NCBI RefSeq assembly: GCF_009914755.1
Contig: NC_060930.1
Length of the DNA: 64,000 nucleotides
Origin: the human T2T-CHM13v2.0 reference genome, Homo sapiens
Direction: 5' to 3' (one strand)
Under the pieces are notes generated by a model. The model searched no databases and was not told where the DNA came from. It saw nothing but the letters and a program-made list of their open reading frames with translations. Made by a program: the position numbers and the translations under genes. Of this stretch, positions 12,990-29,067 are shown piece after piece. The first letter of the stretch is position 1, and each line of letters opens with the position of its first letter.

Positions 12990-14020
12990 ATTTTACTTAA
13001 GAATATCTTTGATAAAGCACTAAAGAAAATTAAATTTTATTTAAAATTCATATGTGATTTTCCCAAGAAAAAGCAATTTTGCAATTGAATTTTGAGCTGA
13101 ACTAGCTATTTTTTCATGGAACACCATTTTTACTTGAAAGAGCTTGAAATAATGATTGAGAAATTATGGTTATTCATACTTGTATATTTGGCAGATTTTA
13201 TTTTTTCTCAAATGAATGAAGTGAGCTTCTAAAACAGAAACAACTTACAGTGTTTGTTCCCAGTGATAAAATTCAAGCTTTCATGGGAAACTTGGAATTT
13301 GGGAAAACTTGTATCAACTACATGAGCTTCACAGGTTTCTAATTCTTAATGATTCATGTTATTAACAAATGTGATCTTTTTGAATAGTAGAATGAAATAT
13401 GTCAACGTTGAGAAGATCTTCACGACTCCGTGAAACAATATTTTCAAAATGACCAAAGCATAATGCATGGATAAAAGCTCCATTCAAAGTATATGATGAG
13501 ACTGGTGGATTTTCATGTAACAAAGTACAAAAAGGCCATTGAGATGGCACTTTAAGTAACTACTTCTTGTCAAGTCTGGGTGCAGTAAGAAAGAAGAATG
13601 TCCACTATTATCTGTAAAGGCTATTAAAATGCTCATCCCTTTTCTACAATGTATCTGACTGAGGCTGGTTTTCTTCATATACTTCAGCAAAAACAATACA
13701 TTGCAATAGGTCGAATGCAGAAGCTGCCAAGAGATTCCAGCTGCCTATTAAGGAAGATATTAAAGAGGTTTGTAAGAATGCCACACTCTTTTCACTACAT
13801 ATTTTTTGAAAATACAACTTTTTAATTTAAAATGTTATGTTTACATGCAATGCATGTATTATTTTAAAATAAGTTAATGAATAAATTTAAAATTTTCTGT
13901 TTAAACTTCTAATTTGGAAATATTAATGGATATAGAACCCACATAGACAAAAGTTGTTTAGATTCTCAACAATTATTGAAAGCATAACAAGGTCCTTAGA
14001 CCCAAATTGAAAATGACAGG
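12990..14020 (+). mobile_element. Charlie1-like hAT DNA transposon relic (transposase C-terminus)
   Basis: From 13596 translates ECPLLSVKAIKMLIPFSTMYLTEAGF, the hAT dimerisation-domain motif. The end resembles the Charlie terminus. Confidence 0.8.
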
Positions 14021-15247
14021 CACAGAGAGCATATAGCTTAACCAGAGAATCTTTTTTTATGAGTAAGTTGTGGAACAATATATTTTTCTGATTCTGAAGA
14101 AATGAAAGTTAATTTTAGAAACTTAATAAATATAAAATACAGAAGGTATAAGGAAGAAAATACAAATCACTTATACAGATCTGACTACTGTAAAACTTTC
14201 ATAAAGTTCCTTGCAATTTCTTTACATCTTTTTTGTTTGTTTAACATAGTTAGGAGTCTGTGCCCAGTAAAGAAAATATGGGGATATCATACAAGGTAAT
14301 GTGTCCACAGATATTGAAAGGTTGAAAGAGGAAAAGGAAGACACTGAAGTAATAGATATATTTGTAAACACAGGAAGAAGTCACGTCTAGAGCTGGGGGA
14401 TCAAAAGTGGAGATAGCAGAGCTTAGGAGTTAGAAAAAGCCTTCTCTAGAGCTTAGGATTAAAAGTGAGGTTAGACCTTAGGGAGAGACCCCTGCATGGC
14501 TACTAGGTTTAGATACCAAATGGAAGATGAGAATCAAATCACCTACTTCACGGGATTACATGAGATAAAAATTTATGAAAATTCTACTTACAAGCAGACA
14601 GCACTACATACACTGAATGTAGATAGAACTTTAAGAAGGAAAAACAAAAAACTGCAAATCACAGCAACATAAGGCAGAACGAGGTCAAGATCCCCTTCTT
14701 CTTCAGAAAGACAAGGAGCTGCCTTGTAGTTAGTCCAGTCCCGATCAACAGGATGAAGAGAGAAACAGGGATACCAGGCTGTAGCTCAGTTCAAATACAG
14801 AAAATGTATCCAGTGGAGCCTCCTTTCCCAAGCATCTCTCAGAGCTCCAAGCCCAGCAAATGTTGTAGTAGTGGGACTATGCTACTTCCTCTCACCTTTA
14901 TTTTGACTTTTTTCTCTTTGCCTCTCTTTATTTCTCCTCTTTTAAACTTCACTCTTGCTTTTACTTTGGTTTTGTAGAGCCTCCTAGTAAGACAAGTATT
15001 TCTTTCACTCATTGGCTGGTCTAGGGTTGGGGGAATGGGTGGAATAAGGAATTTGCCAATGCCTGATCTGCTCACCTATCTCCTCCACTCTAAGATAGAA
15101 AGAAGCTTCATTTACAAAGCTTCTTTCCCTCAGTGACTACAAGTCTCCAGCTTTAAAAAATTAAAAAATGGCATCCACTTCTGGGAAATATTTAGGAACC
15201 TACTTAATTCCTATGCTAAAAAACAAACAAACAAACAAACAAACTAA

Positions 15248-15592
<345 letters not shown>

Positions 15593-15936
15593 TGATTCTT
15601 TAACTCACTTTTTGAAGTGAGTTACAATATTTTTCACCCACCTCATTGGGTTGTTGTGCGGATTAAATAAATTCCTTTATCTGAAGTGCTCAGAATGTGT
15701 TCCATAGTGAGTATTTAGTTAACATGAGTTTTTATTATTATTGCTATTATTACTTAAGATTAGGCAATCCTTGTCTCTAATGTATTAATTGAACAATTTG
15801 GCTTTGTGTAATTTTATATTTTAGAGAAGCTCACAAAAATTTGTCTTTGGGGAAAGAAACAGAATCATTAATATGTTATGTATGATGACTTTTTTTTCAG
15901 AAATTTTCATTCCAAAATAAAAAAAAAACTACATAC

Positions 15937-16095
15937 TTCTGCTTTTGCTTCTTTTAAGCCAACAGCACACCAGACAGCTCAGAGCCAGCCATGAGGCCAC
16001 AGAGGACAGGGAAGCAGCCAGGATGATGGTCGACTTCTCCTTCCTAGTCACAGGCAAGACAGCAAATGGCTTGGATCGAGCTGTAAAATTGACTC
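15937..16095 (-). CDS. PKHD1: Fibrocystin exon 65 (159 nt; single TM helix and start of ciliary targeting sequence)
   Basis: Acceptor gccacAG|GAGTC, donor AGAA|gtatgt. Translates [52 protein letters not shown]: a hydrophobic helix, a Cys cluster and a basic stop-transfer segment. Confidence 0.97.
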
Positions 16096-16749
16096 CTGTG
16101 GCGGGGAAAAGAAGATGTTTCAATGATATGTTAATAAGATGCTAATATAATTAAAATATGGTAAAAATAAATACATTCATAATAGTATCTGGGATATAGT
16201 AGGTGTTCAATATATATTCATTAAATTTAATAAATACATAAATTATAAATCCAAGATTTATATTTCTAGAGAATCACAAGATTCCAACAATAACACATAA
16301 TAGTTATTTCCAATTCTGTCAATTATTGATTGAGAATTCTTCCAATTCTCTCTTTTAATTTTCAGACCAACCTTCCATACCAATGCAAAATTTCAGCTTC
16401 TTTCACTCATGTTTCACTAATGAGAATAAAAATATTCTCAGCTCCAGAATGTGTGAAATTACTTGCTCTGATGTATGTATCTACTCAATACGTGCCATAT
16501 AACACATCAAAACAGGGGCATAGGGACTCCTGCTGCAGCACCATATTGTCTTAGAGAGTTATGTTATCTGGAAAACTAGGACTAGAACAATGGCAGATAG
16601 AACTGCCGGCCATGAATGATGGGGCAAGATAGCATCCTGTTGAGAGAGTTCAACTCTGTAAGAATTCATCTGAAACTCCTCCCATTTATGGAGACAGAAA
16701 AATTTCTCACCCCATTATTATTTATGAAATGAGTCATAAAATAATCTAA

Positions 16750-17445
16750 AAAAGAAAGTTACCTATCTGCATAAAAACACATACATAAATGTTTTTAGCA
16801 GCTCTGTACATTGCAAAACCCAGGAACAACCCAAATGTCCTTGAGCAGGGGAATGGATAAACAAACTACAGTTTATCTAGACAATGAAAAACTACTCAGC
16901 CAAAAAAGAAAGAAAGGAAAGAAAAAGGAAAAGAAACAAACACACAATTGATAACCTGTAACAACTAGAATGAGCATAAAAGGCATTATGCTGAGTAAGG
17001 GAAGCCCATCTCTGAATGGTACACATTTGTAGGATTCCATTTATATAACACTGTAGAAAAGACAAAACTATAGAGTTAAAGAACAGATCAGTGGTTGCCA
17101 ACGATGAATGGTGGAGAAAGGCTACATGTATGTGAGAACAGATTTTTGGGGTGATGAAATGGTCCTTATCCTGACTGTGGGGATGGTTACATGGATCTAT
17201 ACATGTATTTGAAGTAATAAAACCACATACAAAAATGTCAATTTTAAAGTACATTCATTTTAAAAATAAATTGTTTGAAAACTTGCCTTTAATTTTGGGG
17301 GTGATGAATATATTCATTATTCTAATAATGAGGATGCTTTCATGGGAGTAGGCATTCATCAAAATGTATCAAATGGTATGCTTTAAATATGCTTATCATG
17401 TGTCAATCATATCTCAATACAAACAGGTTTATTTAAAAAAAAAAA
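16750..17445 (+). mobile_element. Ancient L1M (MC/MD/ME-type) 3' region
   Basis: aatgtttttagcagctct...aacaacccaaatgtcc...gaatggataaacaaact...attatgctgagt...gattccatttatataac...cagatcagtggttgcc. Confidence 0.8.
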
Positions 17446-18288
17446 ACTTGTTTATGAACAGTTACAGCCAGCATTTTTAAAGCAGCTCATTCAAAACAAA
17501 CAAGCAAACTTCAAACTTCTGCTTTCATCCACATAACTCAGGCAAAAAGAGTTTTTATTTTATGTACTCAAGGAAACACCATGTTTTTCTTTGCTGTGCT
17601 TTCACTGGGCTGAACCTGACAATTTTACTGGAAGTCACAGTCAGATCTTCAATCTCTTGACTTCTGGCTGACTTGGTCCCAAAGCTACTACAACAAAATC
17701 TCCTCTGTATACATCATGTATCTGAGCCATATTTGGCTTGTTTGTTATCAAGTAATTGCTTTTTATGGGCATCTGAATAAGCTCAATCAGGCACAGAGAT
17801 GGGGGAATAGACTTTACTTGGGATTTACAGAAGTAAAAACTAAATTCTTCATACTTTTATCCATTTGTCAATGATTGCTCAGTAATTGTTTACTGGGTCA
17901 AGTTGATAAGTTACCAGTTCCCATTCTTAAGATATTTACAAGCTAGTAAATAAGATACACATAACAAACATTTGTTAAACAAATTAGGATGTGACACATG
18001 CCACTAGAATAATGCAAATCAATTGCTTTGGATGTTTATTTTCCATTGATATGATTCGGGAAAGCATCCTGGAGGAGGAAGTATCTGAGGGGACTCTGAA
18101 GGCTGTGCAAATACATAAACAAAGACAGAGAGGAGAAAATAGCTATTGATACTTAGGAGACTTACGCAGGAAAGTACTGGAACTTAATGCTAGAAGAATT
18201 TGAGACAAATCTGGATGGGCATTAAATATCAGGCAAAAGGCCCTTGAGAACATTCTGAAGGCATGAAGTATCACAGAAGAAAAGATTC

Positions 18289-18601
18289 TTTTTTATTTTT
18301 ATTTTGTTAATAGAGACAGGGTCTAGCTCTATCACCCAAACTTCAGTACAATGAGTGGCACAATTATAGCTCACTGTAGCCCTGAACACCAGGGCTCATA
18401 TGATCCTCCTGCTTCAGCCTGCCAGGTGGTTGGGACTACAACCATGTGCCACCATACCTGGCTAATTTTTTGTTAATGTATTGTAGAGATGGGGTATTGC
18501 TATGTTTTCCAGGCTAGTCTTGAACTCCTGGTCTCAAGTGATCCTTCAGTCTCAGCCTCCCAGAGTGCCAGAATTACAGGCATGAGCCACCCCGCACAGC
18601 C
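18289..18601 (-). mobile_element. AluJ
   Basis: Antisense Alu with J-type diagnostics (gacagggtct, tagctcactgtagcc, ctcaagtgatcct). Confidence 0.9.
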
Positions 18602-18809
18602 TAGGGGGAGATTCTAAACTGAGAAGTGACATGAGCCACATAAAATATAGTCAGTCCATTTTTGTATAGAACACAAAAATGACAGAGAAGCTAAAGTCAG
18701 GGTGACCAGGCGAAATTATCTAAATCCAAGGGTGGAGACCACTGGCTCTCAATTATCTTAGCATCAGAACATTTTTTAAAACTGCAATCTTAAAAATAAT
18801 CTCAATATA

Positions 18810-19190
18810 TTCACTTATTCATAAACAAATATTTATTTGTAGCTATGATGCACCAGGCTTTTCTACACCCTTGGGATATAATGTCAAACTAAGCAGAATC
18901 TCTGTCCCTTTGGAACTTTGGTCTCAATGGAGGACCCAGCACACGGACAGTAGACAAACAAATAAATACATAGATACTATAAAGCCAGGGAGTGATAAGT
19001 GCATAAAGAAAACTAAAGTGAGTTTATAAGACACAGTGGCTGGAGGTGTGGGGAGGATTGGGGATGGTATAGACTGAGTGATCCAAAAGAGTCCTCTTTG
19101 AGGAGATATTTGAGAAGAAATCTGAATGAGCTGAGTTAGCCACGTGACTTTCTGGGGGGAGAATATTCCAACCAAGGAATTGGCAACCAC
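18810..19190 (-). mobile_element. L2a fragment
   Basis: aacaaatatttatttgtagctatgatgcaccaggc...gataagtgcataaagaaaactaaag...tctgaatgagctgagttagccacgtga. Confidence 0.7.
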
Positions 19191-19230
19191 AGGTAGAGTT
19201 TCTCTGGCTAACTGTATTTGTGGTGAAGGT

Positions 19231-19258
19231 GGGGGGGGGGGCGGGGGGGCGGGGGCGG
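19231..19258 (+). repeat. G-tract G11-C-G7-C-G5-C-GG (G-quadruplex-capable)
   Basis: Read directly. Confidence 0.85.
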
Positions 19259-19659
19259 ATTTGTGGGTGATACCTGGTTACATTAATCTCTTCTCAGCAG
19301 CAGCCCCTGAGGGCCTCCTGAGAACCCCACGGCACCAAGAAATGGTCATAAAAGCCACAGCCTACACCATGGTAATGATAGTGAACGTGGAAAGGCTAGC
19401 TACGAAGTCAGTACTACAAACTTACAGAAACCCTTATCTCTTGACAGTGTCTCAGGAAGTTGAGAAGTGATAAATGAGCTGGATTTGATAATATGTCAGA
19501 CCTAAGAGGATTCCATAAATACTTGGGCAGATCTATTTTCTGTATTTCTAAAATAGGAATAATAATTTGTTTTTCTCTCTAAAATATTGGAGAGATGAGG
19601 GAAAATAGTGGAAATGATTGCAAATTCTCTGCTTGATTCATGAATGAATGAAACAACAG

Positions 19660-20046
<387 letters not shown>

Positions 20047-20754
20047 TCATTGTTTGGCGAAAATGTGTGAATATACGCTGCTTTCCCCAACATTCTAGCA
20101 CTTCAAATTGATGTACTTGGAAACAAGGAGTTACTCTCTGGACGTGTACCGTTACTCAGTGTGATGTCAACAAGGGGTCACAGAAGTGCAGATATTTAAT
20201 ATTTTTCCTTTCTTTTTATCCTCCATCTATTCTCTCCAAATTTAAACTTTTATAAATCTCATTCTGAAAGAGTCTCACCTAACAGACTTGATCTTGAAAA
20301 TTAAGAGGAATAATTTAGTGAAAAACACTAAGGGAAAACTTTCCAAATGATTCTTCAGTTAGTTCTTTTTACAGGCTGTAAGTAGAAACTACAATAAAGC
20401 AGTAGTCTACTAAGTGTGAACACCAAGACCAGTTCAAAATCACAGGAGTTACCAAGAAGTTTCTGTCTACAATACATTTCGCATTTGGTTTTACAACCTA
20501 TTCCTTAAAATAAACTTGATAACGTATTTGGTTAGTCTTAATTAATTACTGAGGTAATTAAAGGACAAAGGCCTTTTAAATGTCAGACAAATCTGGAACA
20601 AAATATGCATTCCTGCCTGTCTTACCCTTTAAGACATATCCATTCAAAAACTCAAGCTTACAGCACAATCCCTGGGAATTGGGAATCCCACGGTCAAGGA
20701 CACTACACGTTTGTTATGAACCTGTACTTATGTTAGGACACTTTGACACATAAA

Positions 20755-21790
<1,036 letters not shown>

Positions 21791-22223
21791 TATTCTGAAG
21801 TGCCAGGATGTTGATGGGTATTGTCCCCATTTGGCAGGGGGTTGAGGAGGACAGGACCCAAAGTTAAAATTTCAACATCCTATGACTCTCTTTCTTATAA
21901 ATTAACATTCTCCTATTAATATCTAACCAAATGTCAGGTAAGTAAATTAAAGAAAAAAACAAGTAGAACACTGAACGTAAACGTCAATGTTGAGAAGGAA
22001 ATGTACATTTGGTTTCTTGCTCACCAGGAGTAACCTGAGGTTTCCATTTCTACATGTGCTCTTTCTTCTCAAGCTTAATGATACAGTCAAGTGAATTTAT
22101 TTTCTAAACTATGATGACCTCTTATTCATGATAGTAGCTATTCCCACTATAAGGGAGAAAGGATTATCTTCTCAAAAAAAAAAAAAAAAAAACACAGAAT
22201 AAAAGCACACTGTATAAAATTAC

Positions 22224-22331
22224 CTGGAGGAGAAGTGACAGTAAAAATAAAGTGCCAGTTTGACCCAGAGATCAAGACTGCCAAGTTGTAGAAGCTAACA
22301 TAACCATCTTGAGTTTCTGCCTGGGTGCACC
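22224..22331 (-). CDS. PKHD1: Fibrocystin exon 64 (108 nt)
   Basis: Acceptor ttttgtAG|GGTGC, donor CCAG|gtaatt. Translates (G)[35 protein letters not shown](G), within ORF 22147..22347. Confidence 0.96.
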
Positions 22332-22519
22332 CTACAAAAAAGTACAAAACAAAAATTAGCTGTTTATTATCTAATCTCGAACAATGTCTTCATGTCTTCT
22401 GCGAAGGCAGACATTTGGACAATAAAGGACAATTTTTTAAACTCAAAGAGGTTACCTAATCCATCAGGTTCTTCTTAGTCAAGACTTAGAACCAAATGAC
22501 CCAAGACAGAATAACAGTT

Positions 22520-22720
22520 AACATATATTGAAAGTTCCACTATGCCAGACACTGTTCTATATATACACGATTGCCTACAAACTACACAACAACCCTATAA
22601 AATACGCTATTATCTATATTCTAGCAATTAGGAAATAGGCTCATGAAAGATTAAATTATGTGGTACTGGGGTTACAGCCCAAATCTACCTGATTTCAGTC
22701 TGCATTCTTAACCACTACAA
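22520..22720 (-). mobile_element. MIR SINE
   Basis: cactatgccagacactgttcta...cacaacaaccctat...ggaaataggctca...attcttaaccactac. Confidence 0.7.
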
Positions 22721-24729
22721 TATATTGGCTATATTATTATTAAATGTATAATATATAAAGAAAGAAATTCTATTATCTTTCTAGGTGGTCAGTTTCTACA
22801 GTCTGTCTTTCTTCTATCCAAGTTATCTATAGTTTATGTGGTACCAGAATTAGGCCAAGAGATCAGGACCATGGCAATCTACCAAATAATGACTGATAGA
22901 GCTACTCTGATTTAGCAACTTGAATTGCCTGAGCCTTGGCTTCCCTAACTAAAATGAAAAAAACAAAAACAAAAACAAAAAAAAACCCTTGCGTCTTCTA
23001 ACAGTAGGTCATCCATTTATAACGTGAAAAAAGGCAGCTTAACTCAGTATCACATTCACAATACCATTAATCGTCTTTTGACTCCACCATCCCTAAATTA
23101 TTTTCCTAATTAACAGCTGCTAGACTTTACTCTGGAAATGTCAATATGATTGGCATGGTGGACAAAGGGTTATGAAAGTGGTCTGAAAGTTTATAGATTG
23201 GTTTGAGATCTCTAAGGCTGAAATGTGTCATAAAGATACAATATGCTTAGTGTTACATTTTTCAATTCAATTGCTTAATCTTTTTGTGAAAACACTGTCT
23301 TTCTTCATCAATTTTGCAGAGCTAACTAAAACTTCTTTTTTGAGAAAGATCTTTTGCTTCATCTCTTCTGAGTTCTAAAATAAATAAAATGCCCAGTAAA
23401 ATGAAAATAAATAAGCCAAGACTCAAATAAATGATAGGTGCCCAAGATAAATGCAGTTTATACTCTTTAAAACCTATATGCATCAAAATTATGGTCAATA
23501 AACTCTTGCAAACAATGAACTGAAGAGTACAGATGTTCAACATGAAATCATTTGCTGCAGTTTTTCCTTTGACAAACGTCTTTATTGTTCCCATCTTTGG
23601 AAGAATACAAAGCAGCATTTAATCGAAATGTGTCCGTAGAGCACAGTGAGTTGGCCTCGTAGAACAGCCGCCAAATTGCCTAATGGAAAGTGCTTTAGTT
23701 CTAAATGGGTTTGCTTTTGCGTTAAATACCAGCTTGCCTTAGAGATCTCTACAAAGATTCCCATATATATCTATGATATTCTCAGATTTGAAGCATATGT
23801 GCTCAAAAGCTGAGGCAGTTGCTGCTAAGTATAGTACATTACTCCAGGGTTCATCATATCTTCAGAATAGCTATGATGACATATACAAATGCAATTGACA
23901 GGCTCCCTGATCATGCTGGTATAAACAGTATACTGGCTGGGGGACTTGGGATGGGGTGGGGTGCTGGGCTCGAGCAACTTTGGAATTGATTACACAACTA
24001 CCAGGGAATGATACCTGAATGGGTTTCTGCAGGATAGATAGTTTCTAAAATACCTTTGCAGCCCAAATTATCCCCACAGCTATCCCACTCACTCCTAGGT
24101 ATGCATACTAGCAAACTGTTACATTGTTAATGTTGAGATGTTATCTTTAAAAGTATTAAGGACTTTTTTGTGCAACTATGATCCATAAATGTCAAAGGAT
24201 ATTGAAGACCTGTAAATAATTGTCCTTGAGTATATAAATTCACTTTTTATGATAATAGGTTGTAACTGCCTTTTCACTGAGGAGGGTCTACTAAAGAAAA
24301 AAGAATATGAAGTTAAATTGCAGAACAAAAGATTTAGAGGAGATATATAGATATGGTTTTGTTGTTGTTATTTTGTTTTTCTCCAGGAGATACTTATAGT
24401 AAGTTAGATAATCCATCCCAAATGCTTTTGGTGCATTCTTTCTGAAGTGAAAAAGTAGTATTTCATGATGGCTTCAAGAGAAACTTTCAATCACATAAAA
24501 TAGGGTAGTTTGGTGACATGGGTATGCTAAAAACAGAAAACTGCATGTGATTTCTTCCCTACTTCATGACTCACTCACATAAAAAAGGTGTGTATATAAG
24601 ACACCCTCAAACTAGTCCTCACACATTCCCATTGGATCTCTTAAAAAAGGTAATAGTGACAATACTGATCCAAGTGAGCTAGTTGGCTTGAGTGTGGCTT
24701 GGTGTCCGTAGAATAAAAGAGTAAATGGT

Positions 24730-25446
24730 ATCTCATCTCACACCAGTTAGAATGGCAATCATTAAAAAGTCAGGAAACAACATATGTGGAGAAATAGTAA
24801 TCCTTTTACACTGTTGGTGGGAGTGTAAATTAGTTCAACCATTGTGGAAGACAGTGTGGTGATTCCTCAAGGATCTAGAACCAGAAATACCATTTGACCC
24901 AGCAATCCCATTACTGGGTATATATCCAAAGCATTATAAATCATGCTACTATAAAGACACATGCACATGTATGTTTATTGCAGCACACTCACAATAGCAA
25001 AGACTTGGAATCAACACAAATGCCCATCAATGATAGACTGGATAAAGAAAATGTGGCACATATACACTACGGAATACTATGCAGCCATAAAAAAGAATTA
25101 GTTAATGTCCTTTGCAGGGACATGGATGAAGCTGGAAACCATCATTCTCAGCAAACTAACACAGGAACAGAAAACCAAACATAGCATGTTCTCACATAGG
25201 AGAAGTGGGAGTTGAACAATGAGAACATATGGGCACAGGGAGGGGAACATCACACACTAGGGCCTGTCAGGGAGTGGGGAGCAAGGGGAGGGATAGCATT
25301 AGGAGAAATAACTAATGTAGATGACGGGTTGATGGGTGCAGCAAACCACCATGGCACATGTATACCTATGTAACAAACCTGCATGTTCTGCACATGTATC
25401 CCAGAACTTAAAGTATAATAATAAATAAATAAATAGATAAATAAAT
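24730..25446 (+). mobile_element. L1PA (about PA7) 5'-truncated 3' end, 0.7 kb
   Basis: ORF2 C-terminus, 3' UTR and (TAAA)n tail; perfect 14-bp TSD aaagagtaaatggt at 24716-24729 and 25447-25460. Confidence 0.95.
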
Positions 25447-25596
25447 AAAGAGTAAATGGTTTCATGCCTCATTCACTTTTCATGGCCACAACATGATTCT
25501 AAGCTGGCCGGGCATGACATCCTTAAGGTTACTGAAAGAAAAATAATGAAAGATGAGGTGCAATAAGTGTCAGGACAAAGTAAAATATAAAGTCTC

Positions 25597-26368
<772 letters not shown>

Positions 26369-27030
26369 ATGGGGAGGTGAGTTCCAGTAGTCATGTGAGA
26401 GTATCTGTGGTAAATATTACCAGAACATGAAAAAAGCTAAAAATTAATATTTCTATGCTGCTGTATTAAGATCAGAAGGTGAGTGACTGTTACATATCCT
26501 AAGCACTTTCTATACCAAAACACCAACAGTAGCAAAATGGCACTGAAAAATGAACAGAATGACAGCATCAAAACAGGCAGTTCGAAATGCAATTCTGAAT
26601 CTTTCATCTTCACAGTGGGCAACCTTGGATAAATTCACTTCATTTTCTTACTTTCTTAATGACATGCCTTGTGTCTACAAATCTGTACAAGGACCATTCT
26701 GGTTTGTCCTCATTCCTTGGGATTTTAAACCCAAGAAGCTTCTAACTGAACTGCCCACATTAAAAAAATAAAAAAAAAAATGACCAGGAGCAACAATATG
26801 AGTTACCCACACAGGTGTTACTTTCAACAAATTGAACAAAAGATAGATTGTGTAAGTAGAAGGGAAAGTCTGGAGAGTCTATGGGCAGATTCTGACAAAA
26901 TATGCCACATTACCTGGGCCTTTAAATTTGGATTGTATAAAGAGAACGTGGAGAGGGTACTGAGGAGAGCAAGACCTCAAAGTTTGGTAGAAAATTATTT
27001 TTGTGGACATGCTGAAAACATTTAGAGTCT

Positions 27031-27288
27031 CGTTTTGTTTTGTTTTTTGTTTGTTTTAATTATTTTATTTTATTTTAAATTCCGGGATACATGTACAGAA
27101 CATGCAGGTTTGTTACGTAGGCAAACATGCGCCGTGGTGGTTGGCTGCACCTATCAACTCATCACCTAGGTATTAAGCCCCACATGCATTAGCTATTCAT
27201 CCTGATGCTCTCCTTCCCCCTTAGTCCTCCCCCCAATCTCTGACAGGCCCCAGTGTGTGTTGTTCCCTGTGTCCATGTGTTCTCACTG
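27031..27288 (-). mobile_element. L1PA (about PA8-10) 3' UTR fragment
   Basis: Antisense L1 3' end; TSD gaaaacattt(a/g)g(a/t)gtct at 27014-27030 and 27289-27305. Confidence 0.9.
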
Positions 27289-28060
27289 GAAAACATTTGG
27301 TGTCTTAATAAGTAATTAGATGGGTTAAAAAAAATAACAGGTCAAAATAGTAGAAAGTCAAATTGAAAAGAGAGTGGGAAAATTTATTGTTCTAATAAAA
27401 CAATAAGACGAAGCAAGCTTTAAAAAGTAAGGGTTTTGAAGCTATGAACTGTTTAATCACGAGATGTCAATCGCCTCCTTAAGAGAATTTTTAGAAGGGG
27501 ATAATTTCATTTTCTGGAATCGATGAGGTGCAGCTTTGCCAGAAACAAAATGTATAAGCTAAATTAAATGGTGACATTAAAAAAAAACTGAGATCTGAGA
27601 TTAATTCATTGAAAACAACATCAAATGATTATTCATTAACTTGGAGACTTTATTACAACAATTTTATATGTTTCTTAAGAGACAAATAACAAAAAATTAA
27701 GGAACAATGTCATCAGAAATGGTAGGCAATGTGCACCATATGATAGGAACAGTTTTAGGCCAATAATAAACGCAATTAGAAGACGAGGCACGTCTATGAT
27801 TGACTTATGGCTATCCATTTGAACATTCCATATATTTTATGGGAACCATCTGAATGAGCTTAGACTCATAGCCAGAGTAGAGCAAGAAATAACTGTAAAA
27901 TCATGGCCTATTCTTGGAAGTCAGTGATTTTGCAGGTAGGCTGATGTTTGAGCTGGCACATGAGTCATTTCTAAGCCTGAAAAAAACATTTTGGACAACA
28001 CAAAACCCACAGAAATGCCCTACCTGATTCATGAGGTGCACAGGAAATTGGATAAGCTGA

Positions 28061-28352
28061 TTTTGTTTTGTTTTGAGCTGGAGTCTCACTCTGTCACCAG
28101 GCTGGAATGCAGTGGGCGATCTTGGCTCACTGCAACCTCCACCTCCCGGGTTCAAGCAATTCTCCTGCCTCAGCCTCCTGAGTAGCTGGGACTTCAGGTG
28201 CATGCCATCATGTCTACCTAATTTTCGTATTATTAGTAGAGACGGGGTTTTACCATGTTGGCCAGGATGGTCTTGATCTCTTGACCTTGTGATCTGCCCG
28301 CCTTGGCCTCCCAAAGTGCTGGCATTACAGGCATGTGTCACTGAGCCCGGCC
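28061..28352 (-). mobile_element. AluSc-like
   Basis: Antisense Alu with ctgtcaccagg and aggatggtcttgatctcttgacc diagnostics; (TTTTG)n tail. Confidence 0.92.
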
Positions 28353-28741
28353 AATAAACCGAATTTTTAAAGAGTGGTAAACACATCCTCAAATTTGCAT
28401 AAGAATGGAGATATTTGGCCAATTATAAAAAGGTACATATACACCATATCAATTTATAATTTTCAGTGATTTATTGGTATGAAACTTCCTTTCAATATGT
28501 TACTGGCTAATCTCAAAGAATGTTTCATTATAATTACAATACTAACTGCATTAAAAGCCAGTGCTTGAAATCACACTTCTAGAAAGAAGAATTTGCAAAA
28601 GTTAACAAGATTTCCTACTTATTCCCCTATTATAATATACAAATATCAAGGTAATAATAGATAATTGTGCTTAAAACAAATAACCTTTATTTTCTTTTTT
28701 AAAAAATTTTTACCAGTACTGATATATATCTCTTTGTATAG

Positions 28742-29067
<326 letters not shown>

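Noticed and set aside
13596-13780. Domesticated hAT transposase gene
   Set aside because: Short, frameshifted relic with stops; an ordinary Charlie fossil.
19144-19470. 108-aa ORF with a poly-Gly run
   Set aside because: Non-ATG start in an L2 fragment; the Gly run is just the G-tract.
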